64,000 nucleotides of DNA, taken from an uncultured Chloroflexia bacterium. GTDB taxonomy: Bacteria > Chloroflexota > Chloroflexia > Thermomicrobiales > UBA6265. The notes under the pieces are model-generated. The model did not search any database. It was not told where the DNA came from and saw nothing but the letters and a program-made list of their open reading frames with translations. Location of the stretch: positions 226,758 through 290,757 of the forward strand of contig CAVQGN010000003.1 of the NCBI GenBank assembly GCA_963712055.1. The letters are read 5' to 3'. Of the stretch, positions 43,507 to 53,311 are shown one piece after another; position 1 is the first letter of the stretch; each line of letters begins with the position of its first letter. Made by a program: the position numbers and the translations under genes.

Positions 43507-44583
43507 ATGACTGCAAAGAGCCTACTGGCTCAAACACCTCTTGCCTGCAGCGTCTGTGGGTGGACCACCTCCTTCGGGCGGGGTGAGTGGCGTTGTTGCG
43601 AATGCGGCTCACCTCTCGAATGGTTCCCAGACCCGCACTCACCTCAACCGACCATCGACTGCAACTCGAAAGGCCCCGCTCGCTATGCAGCCGCATTACC
43701 GGTGATCGAGCATTGGATCAGCCTCGGCGATGCGACTACGCCGATCACAACCATTGACATCGAAGGGCATGCGGTTGCAATCAAACTCGATTCGCTCTGC
43801 CCAACCGGTTCGTTCAAAGACCGTGGCAATGCCGCGGTTGTTTCGGCGCTGCATACGCTCGGTCCAACTCGCTTTGTCGAAGATTCGTCTGGCAATGCTG
43901 CGTCATCGCTTGCAGGCTTTGCCGCCCGGGCGGGTGTGTCCTGCACCGTGTACGCCCCGGCCACAGCGTCGCCCGGAAAACTCGTCCAGGCGCGGGCCTA
44001 TGGCGCTGAGGTAATCCCCGTTGCTGGAAGTCGGGCCGACGTGGGAAAGGCCGCTGAAAGCGCTCATGACGCCGGCAAAGGGCAGTTCTATGCTTCTCAC
44101 AACTGGCATCCATTCTTTATCGCTGGGGTTGGCGTCTGGCTGCTCGAAACCTGGGAGCAATGCGGTGGGAGCTTGCCCACGGATCTAGTGATCCCAGTCG
44201 GCTCCGGGAGCGCTCTGCTGGGTGCCTACAGGATGGCGAAATGGCTCCATCAACGTGGGGAAATCGAGACGCTCCCTCGGCTCTGGGCGGCTCAACCCGC
44301 AGCTTGCGCACCAGTCTTCAGCGCCTGGTCGAATGGCGACAATGAGGTTGAACCAGTCGAACCACAGCCGTCGATGGCTGAGGGAACGGCAATCGCGAAT
44401 CCAGTCCGCGGGAGGGCATTGCTCGAAGCTATCAGGAGAACAGCAGGTGGCGCGATCGCTACTACAGAATCGGAAATTGAAGGAGCGTTTCGACTCGCAG
44501 CCAGTCAGGGGATCTATCTCGAGCCAACGTCCGCTGTGGCGGTCGCAGCAACCCAGAATCTGTTGAATAACGTCAGACCCTAA
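43507..44583 (+). CDS. thrC: threonine synthase-like PLP enzyme with N-terminal zinc ribbon; 3' end apparently frameshifted
   Basis: CSVCG..CCECG ribbon and PLP-lysine motif PTGSFKDRG. The family-typical C-terminus (VLILATGMGLK) is in the +1 frame and runs to 44671. Confidence 0.8.
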   Translation: MTAKSLLAQTPLACSVCGWTTSFGRGEWRCCECGSPLEWFPDPHSPQPTIDCNSKGPARYAAALPVIEHWISLGDATTPITTIDIEGHAVAIKLDSLCPTGSFKDRGNAAVVSALHTLGPTRFVEDSSGNAASSLAGFAARAGVSCTVYAPATASPGKLVQARAYGAEVIPVAGSRADVGKAAESAHDAGKGQFYASHNWHPFFIAGVGVWLLETWEQCGGSLPTDLVIPVGSGSALLGAYRMAKWLHQRGEIETLPRLWAAQPAACAPVFSAWSNGDNEVEPVEPQPSMAEGTAIANPVRGRALLEAIRRTAGGAIATTESEIEGAFRLAASQGIYLEPTSAVAVAATQNLLNNVRP

Positions 44584-44667
44584 CGATAAGCGGCAAGTTC
44601 TGATTCTGGCGACCGGGATGGGTCTGAAATCGACGCAACGAGTGGCCGAGATCCTCGACCACAATCA

Positions 44668-46800
44668 CTAGCGCGGTGGCAAGGTCGCTTCGTTATGAAG
44701 CTCATCCCGATACCGCCGTGGATCTCCGGCGAGCGGAAAAGCATCTTCGCCGCGCTCCGAACCCGCGTATCGCGATTCGCCAAGCGGGGATCGTGGTGAT
44801 CCCCCAACCCGAATGATCGTTTCTTCGATTCGCTGACCGAGGGACGGATCGAGCGCGCCGATCTCGGCAGCGAGGTCAGCCGCCTGATAGAGATGATCGA
44901 GACCATCGGCGCGGCGACCGTCGGTGCAGAGAAGGGTGCCAAGGTTCAATCGAATCAGTGCTTCGCGATGAACATCCCCAAGTTGCTGGGCGATCGCCAA
45001 GGCGCGTCGATAGGTGTTGGCCGCAGCCGGGTCGCCGATGGCATGCTGGATACCCGCCAACTGCAACAGAAGTTGTCCAGTCAAACGGGGCGCGTCGATC
45101 GTTTCGGCGAGATCGACCGCTCTCCGGTAGTGGTCAAACGCCTTCGGAAGATCACGTTGCTGCTGCGCGAGTTTGCCCAGCCGTCCCTGCAGTCGGGCGC
45201 CCGAAGCGCGGTCGCCGGTTTCGATCGCCAACTGCAATGCTTGCGTGAATTGCGCATTCGCCTGTGAAAACTGCTGCGCTTTGGCCGCAATGCCGCCTAA
45301 GGCGGTCAGCAGTTCGATCTGCTGATCCTTGTCATCGAATCGGCGGGAAAGCTCGAGCGCGCGATGATACGACTCGCGTGAACGGGGCAACTGCCCAGTC
45401 TTGTCAAAAATCTCGCCTTCCAGCGCCAGGAGATCCGCTTGCAGGGCGATATCATCGAGCCGTCTCGCAATGCCAAGACTCTCATTGAGTGATTCGATCG
45501 CTTCGGTTGGTTGGTCGAACTTCCACAACGCCTGACCGATACTGGCGAGCCATTGGGCTTGCCTCGGCATATCTCCGGTCTGCCGAGCGATCTTGAGCGC
45601 AGCGACCAGATTCTCTAGCGCATCCGCTGGTCGATCGAGGGCGGTGTAGGCAACACCGAGGCCACCAAGCGCGCGTTGCTCGATCCGCGGATCGTTGAGA
45701 GATCGTGAATGTTGCTGACCGCGGGCATAGGCCTCGGCGGCGCGTTGCGGTTTATCCATGGCCATCAGTGTGGTTCCGAGCCTGATAGCCCATTTGGCAG
45801 CATCGGCTCGATTACCGAGCCGTTCTTCGAGCTGCATCAACTCATGTTGACGTCGGGCCACACTGACCAGATCGCCGCGCTGACGATAGGCCTCGACCAA
45901 CGCTTGCAGACATTCGCTCTCGACCGACAAATCGCCGATCTGCCGCGCGAGTTCGACACCATCCTCGAGTTGCTCCGTGACTTCGTCGATTCGACCAAGT
46001 CGGGCCAATGTTTCAGCAAGATTAAGCACCATTCGCGACTGCAAACTCACGTCCGAAGTCCGCTTTGCTGCATCGAGAGACTGCCGTTGCAACTGCGCGA
46101 GCGTTTCGAGATCGTCGGTACCTTCGAGGAGTTCGCTCTGGCGCACCAGTGATTCGGCAATACCACGCTGGTATTCAAGTCTCGTCGCGGAACGCGACGC
46201 CCGCCGGTAGTAACTCTGTGACGCCGCCAGGTCACCCTCACGCCGAATCAAGTCACCCAGCATGATCGCGGAATCGACATCGCTTTCGACATCGGTCGAT
46301 TCGTCGCCGATATCAAGCTGCTGCTGGAACATCGCGCGGGCGCGTTCGAAGTCATCAGCAGCCAGAGCGCGTTCGCCCAACCGGGCGAGCGCCGCTCGTC
46401 CGCCCTTGGCATAGCCAGCTCGCTGCGCAGTGGTATAGGCATCACGAAGCAACTGTTCACGTTCTCGACTCGGATCGTCCAACGGAAGAAAGGAATCAAG
46501 GCGGAGAGCGGCGTCGACAATCTGCCGATCAAACCCCTTGGCACGTGCTGCCGCATGGGTCAACCGAGCCAGGACGAGAGCGTACTCGCGATAATCGGAA
46601 GCACTTTCAGCAATGGCTTCGTCGAGCATGGCAAAATCGGCATCGGAGAGGTCGTCGAGTACAGCCGGATGGCGGATTTCGTTCAGAGCTCCCTGCATGG
46701 AGCGGCGTCGTTCCACCACCTCACGCGCGATCTGGAAAATCGCATCGCAATTGCCGTAATCGGTATTTCTGGCGGTAAAGAGCGATCGAATCCGTGTCAC
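44668..46800 (-). CDS. tetratricopeptide-repeat (TPR) protein, 710 aa
   Basis: More than 12 successive TPR-like units (A..Y..AL.....GD...A pattern throughout). The start overlaps the upstream dehydratase stop by 4 nt. Confidence 0.8.
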   Translation of the reverse strand: MTRIRSLFTARNTDYGNCDAIFQIAREVVERRRSMQGALNEIRHPAVLDDLSDADFAMLDEAIAESASDYREYALVLARLTHAAARAKGFDRQIVDAALRLDSFLPLDDPSREREQLLRDAYTTAQRAGYAKGGRAALARLGERALAADDFERARAMFQQQLDIGDESTDVESDVDSAIMLGDLIRREGDLAASQSYYRRASRSATRLEYQRGIAESLVRQSELLEGTDDLETLAQLQRQSLDAAKRTSDVSLQSRMVLNLAETLARLGRIDEVTEQLEDGVELARQIGDLSVESECLQALVEAYRQRGDLVSVARRQHELMQLEERLGNRADAAKWAIRLGTTLMAMDKPQRAAEAYARGQQHSRSLNDPRIEQRALGGLGVAYTALDRPADALENLVAALKIARQTGDMPRQAQWLASIGQALWKFDQPTEAIESLNESLGIARRLDDIALQADLLALEGEIFDKTGQLPRSRESYHRALELSRRFDDKDQQIELLTALGGIAAKAQQFSQANAQFTQALQLAIETGDRASGARLQGRLGKLAQQQRDLPKAFDHYRRAVDLAETIDAPRLTGQLLLQLAGIQHAIGDPAAANTYRRALAIAQQLGDVHREALIRLNLGTLLCTDGRRADGLDHLYQAADLAAEIGALDPSLGQRIEETIIRVGGSPRSPLGESRYAGSERGEDAFPLAGDPRRYRDELHNEATLPPR

Positions 46801-47834
46801 CAGGCTCGCTCCTTTGCCATCACGTCCTGTAACGTGTCGATCGTCAGATTCCCGCCGCTGATAACCAACGCCACCTTTTTCCCCCTCAAATCACCTGCGT
46901 CCCGCAGATGTTTCGCTGCCGCCACCGAGGCGGCTCCAGCCCCTTCTGCAAGCATGCGATCTGATTCCAGCAACGTCAAGATCGCTTGACCAATCTCCTG
47001 GTCGGAAACAAGCTCAATATCATCGATTCCGTCGAAAAGGATGTCGGCCGGGAGTTCAAACGCTACCCGGGTTGCCATTCCTTCGGCGAACGTCTCCATC
47101 TTGTCATAGGCGAGCAGTGTGCGTTGCAGCCAGGAATCGCGAAAAACGGGCGCGCCGGCAGCCTGAACCCCGATCACCTTGAGATCGGGATTGATCGACT
47201 TGCCGGCTACGACCGCACCGCACGCGCCACTGCCCGCGCCGATCGGCACGATCAGCATTTCGAGGTCGGGAATGGCTTCCATGATTTCGAGTGAATAGGT
47301 ACCGACACCAGCGATCAAGTGGGTTTCATTGGCCGAATGGACGAAGTAGGCTCCGGTCGCATTTGCAAACGTTTCAGCGGCCAGTCGACAGGCATCGAAG
47401 TCCTCACCGTCGAACACAACGGTGGCGCCAAGTCGCTCCATCGAACGGACCTTGATCGGATTAGCGCGCTCGGGCATAAACACGGTCGCGTTGACTCCGA
47501 ATTTGCCGGCTGCGAAGGCGATCGATTGGCCATGATTGCCAGTAGAGGCGGTGACAACGCCAGCAGCCCGCTCAGCAGGGCCAAGATTCGCCATCAGGTT
47601 GACACCGCCGCGGATCTTGAACGCACCGATCGGTTGCAGGTTTTCGCATTTCAGATAGATGTCCGCTTCGAGCTTTTCCGACAGCACTGCGGAACGCAGC
47701 AAGGGCGTCGGCGCCAAAAACGGTGCGATCACGTTCCGAGCCAGATACACATCCTGCAGCGTTGGAATCCGCATGCGATCGTAGGTTTGAGTGACTGAAT
47801 GCACAGAACGGTCGTCACCATCGACCATGGTCAT
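46797..47834 (-). CDS. threonine ammonia-lyase / serine-threonine dehydratase (short form, no ACT domain)
   Basis: PLP-lysine context KCENLQPIGAFKIRGG and glycine loop GAGSGACG. ATG 47834 lies after GGAGAA. Confidence 0.85.
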   Translation of the reverse strand: MTMVDGDDRSVHSVTQTYDRMRIPTLQDVYLARNVIAPFLAPTPLLRSAVLSEKLEADIYLKCENLQPIGAFKIRGGVNLMANLGPAERAAGVVTASTGNHGQSIAFAAGKFGVNATVFMPERANPIKVRSMERLGATVVFDGEDFDACRLAAETFANATGAYFVHSANETHLIAGVGTYSLEIMEAIPDLEMLIVPIGAGSGACGAVVAGKSINPDLKVIGVQAAGAPVFRDSWLQRTLLAYDKMETFAEGMATRVAFELPADILFDGIDDIELVSDQEIGQAILTLLESDRMLAEGAGAASVAAAKHLRDAGDLRGKKVALVISGGNLTIDTLQDVMAKERAW

Positions 47835-48054
47835 AAACTGATTCTCCAACGCCTTCCCACCCAAGTCTGCAAACTTCCCAGCCGAGTGATCAGCACAGGC
47901 GCACAATGGTCACACACATCGCCACGTTCAGGACACGAATGCGGTGGCGGTCAGTTCTGCAATGATCACTCTGCGGGTAACCGGAGTGTAGCATAGCAGT
48001 GACGCCGGGAAGATCAGATCGGCGGAACCGAAGGCTCGGAAAACGGAGGAAAGC

Positions 48055-48906
48055 GTGGGCACCATCGAGAAGTCATTTCAGCAGCAGTTGCGGGCTTCAG
48101 CCCACCGTGCCAACAGTATCGTTTGTGTCGGTCTCGACCCCGTGCTCGACAAGATGCCCACCCACCTGCATTCGCTCGAACCAGCCCAAGCCATCATTGC
48201 GTTCAACCGGGCCATTATCGACGCCACAGCCGACGTCGCGATGGCGTTCAAACCAAATCTTGGTTTCTACATCGCCTACGGCGTCGCCGGGCTTGAAGCT
48301 TTGGCCGAAACCCGGCGGATGATCGACCGCTCGATTCCGGTCATCCTCGACTGCAAGGTGGGAGATTTCGAATACACCGCAGCGTCCTATGCTCGGGGCT
48401 TTCTTGACGAATGGGAATTCGATGCGGTGACAGCCAGTCCGTATATCGGCCGGGAGAGTTTGCAGCCGTTCCTCGGTCGAGCAGAGAAAGGCGCGTTCGT
48501 CCTCTGCAAGACAAGCAATCCGGGTAGTGGTGAGTTCCAGGACCTGACTGTCCAGCATACGGATCGCACCAATCCGCTCTACATCACGGTGGCCGAACGA
48601 GTGGACGCCTGGAATGAGGATCTGCCAGGAACGGCTGGCTTGGTAGTCGGAGCGACCTGGCCGGAGCAGTTGCGCGAGGTGCGCACGGTTGCGCCTGACC
48701 TGCCGATCTTGATGCCAGGGGTGGGAGCGCAGGAAGGGGATCTTGCGACCGCATTGGCAGCGGGTTCGGGTTCGCATCCGGGAGATTTGATCGTTTCGGC
48801 CTCTCGATCGATCATTTACGCGAGCACTGAAGCGGATTTTGGTGAGGCGAGCCGGTCGGCGGTGGTTTCCCTCAATCAGCTGGTGTCGGAATCAGTCACC
48901 TCCTGA
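48055..48906 (+). CDS. pyrF: orotidine-5'-phosphate decarboxylase, type 2
   Basis: IVCVGLDPV, ILDCKVGDF, and the ~280-aa length typical of type-2 PyrF. GGAGGA RBS before GTG 48055. Confidence 0.9.
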   Translation: MGTIEKSFQQQLRASAHRANSIVCVGLDPVLDKMPTHLHSLEPAQAIIAFNRAIIDATADVAMAFKPNLGFYIAYGVAGLEALAETRRMIDRSIPVILDCKVGDFEYTAASYARGFLDEWEFDAVTASPYIGRESLQPFLGRAEKGAFVLCKTSNPGSGEFQDLTVQHTDRTNPLYITVAERVDAWNEDLPGTAGLVVGATWPEQLREVRTVAPDLPILMPGVGAQEGDLATALAAGSGSHPGDLIVSASRSIIYASTEADFGEASRSAVVSLNQLVSESVTS

Positions 48907-49127
48907 GCTCCCGGTTTTCGACCGTGTTTTTCGCCCGCGTAGTACCTACAATAGAAATGAGTTGACACTCCTGTCTGTGACTCTAGTCAACGGCGGTCAC
49001 CCGTGGTAGCCTAGAGACCCCGCAACCAAACAGGAGCCGTTGACGTTCGAGTCATACTCGCATTCGTAGATCCGCTGGAAAGCGGCGACCCGATTCGATC
49101 GGTAGTATCAGGGGCCAGAGGCAGACC

Positions 49128-50393
49128 ATGAAGCTCAGATTCTCTTCTCTTTTACTCGCCGTTGTCCTGATGATGGTGTCAATCGCGGTGCCACTCGCCA
49201 GTTCATCGGTCGCAGCAGAGAACGCCGTCGATCCCTTCGTCAATGTGAACATTCCTCCCGATCTCGGGCAATCCGCGATGCAGGTCTATGTTCCCGAAAC
49301 TGGACACACCTTGCGCGGCTATTTCCTCGACTACTGGCGGGCAAACGGCGGTGCATCCGTTTTCGGCAACCCGATCTCTGAACCATTCGCTTCTTCCGAT
49401 GGCTACTACAGTCAGGCGTTCGAGAACGGAATCTTCCAATTCGTCCTCGAACTCATCTGGACCGATCTTCCCTCCGTCACGCTAATGCCAATTGGTTCAG
49501 CGGCGCTTGATAGCCGGGTCGATACCTTTCGTGCCGATGGGCGCCGTGGTTTCGGCGGCGGGGACCGTCGTTCGTCGACGTGGAAACCGGTCAGCCCGGA
49601 AGGCGTGACCGCTCTGACCGCAGTCAGCACTGGCGGTGTTTGGTCGGAGATAACCGGCCACACGATGTCTGGCCCGGTCTACGACTGGTACGCAGCGCAT
49701 GAAGGGACTTACTACCTCGGCGAGCCCATCAGTCAGCCCCTCACCGAACGAGGTCGGGTGGTGCAGTATTTCGAAGGTGGTTTGCTGGAATTGGATAGCT
49801 TCGGTCGGGTGCGGATGGCTCCGCTTGCACGTGAGGTCGCCCCAGCGATGGGAATTGACACAACCCCGGTCGACGGCTCCGGCATGATGGTTTACAACGA
49901 CGCTCTCTTTTATCCCGCCGGCTTGATGGGTCTCGGCACGAACCTGGACGCACCGGGCAAGCGCTGGATAGAGATCAACATTCCTGAGCAACGTCTCTAT
50001 GCTTACCAGGGGTCGACGCTCGTGGCCTCTACGTTGATAAGTACCGGGCTAACGCCAAACGAAACAGAAGTCGGCACGTTCCACGTACGGTACAAACTTG
50101 AAAAGCAGGACATGATCGGCACAACTGACGAAACCGGAGCCGTCGTCGCGCTTGGCGAGGATGCCGCCAAAGACGCACAGTCTGGTGCCGTGCAAAACCA
50201 GGATGCGTACGTGGTCAAGGACGTGCCCAACGTCATGTACATCAACCAGGAAGCGGAGGCACTCCACGGCGCCTACTGGCACAACAACTTCGGCAATCCC
50301 ATGAGCCACGGCTGTGTCAATCTTCCGCTCGATTTTGCTCAGTTCCTCTATGCGTGGGCACCATTGGGAACAATGGTCTGGGTTCACAAGTAG
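49128..50393 (+). CDS. secreted L,D-transpeptidase (YkuD domain) with large N-terminal domain
   Basis: Signal peptide MKLRFSSLLLAVVLMMVSIAVPLASS. Catalytic HGCVNLP near the C-terminus. Confidence 0.8.
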   Translation: MKLRFSSLLLAVVLMMVSIAVPLASSSVAAENAVDPFVNVNIPPDLGQSAMQVYVPETGHTLRGYFLDYWRANGGASVFGNPISEPFASSDGYYSQAFENGIFQFVLELIWTDLPSVTLMPIGSAALDSRVDTFRADGRRGFGGGDRRSSTWKPVSPEGVTALTAVSTGGVWSEITGHTMSGPVYDWYAAHEGTYYLGEPISQPLTERGRVVQYFEGGLLELDSFGRVRMAPLAREVAPAMGIDTTPVDGSGMMVYNDALFYPAGLMGLGTNLDAPGKRWIEINIPEQRLYAYQGSTLVASTLISTGLTPNETEVGTFHVRYKLEKQDMIGTTDETGAVVALGEDAAKDAQSGAVQNQDAYVVKDVPNVMYINQEAEALHGAYWHNNFGNPMSHGCVNLPLDFAQFLYAWAPLGTMVWVHK

Positions 50394-50413
50394 AAATAGA
50401 AGCAATTCTCGTT

Positions 50414-50446
50414 CAAAGCCGGTCTGGAGTTTGCAGACCGGCTTTT
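50414..50446 (+). terminator. rho-independent terminator
   Basis: AAAGCCGGTCTG / CAGACCGGCTTT: 12-bp stem with a 7-nt loop, followed by a T-run. Confidence 0.65.
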
Positions 50447-50562
50447 GTCATCTCAGCGATGTACAGGATGTTGTAGGGCATACCTGCCGGTGCTACCATG
50501 TCGGGATCATCAACGGGCGATCGGCAGCTTTCCGGTCGCGTTGAGGGCCCATCACCGAGGCG

Positions 50563-53032
<2,470 letters not shown>

Positions 53033-53311
53033 ATTCGCTGCGCACGCAGAAAGTCATCCATTCCCTGGAGGCTGGGAGGCTGATCGATCAGCCACCCAGC
53101 AACCTCGACCGTTCCGTCGGCGAACGTCCGCCGCCTGAGCGCTTGATGCGTGAGCATGAGTGCTTCACCATCTGGTCATGTTCACCTGCGTACCGATCTC
53201 GCTTTGCAGCAACCGCGGTTCTCTGCATCGCGTCAGCCGGGTACTCGTCCTCTTCGCAGCCCCTGGTTCTTCTTTTTTCTGATCTCAAGTTATCAGACTG
53301 CTACAGGCGCG

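Noticed and set aside
48907-49127. Cyclic-di-AMP (ydaO-type) riboswitch upstream of the cell-wall enzyme gene.
   Set aside because: The conserved ydaO blocks I recall (GGGGACCCA, GGGGTGAATC, CCGNCAGCTAACC..CGTAAGCG) are absent. Only a short ACCCGA match is present.
53088-53288. 66-aa minus-strand ORF in the guaB/helicase spacer.
   Set aside because: It is Arg/Gly/Ser-rich with no RBS, no motif and no TM or signal features. It is treated as non-coding.
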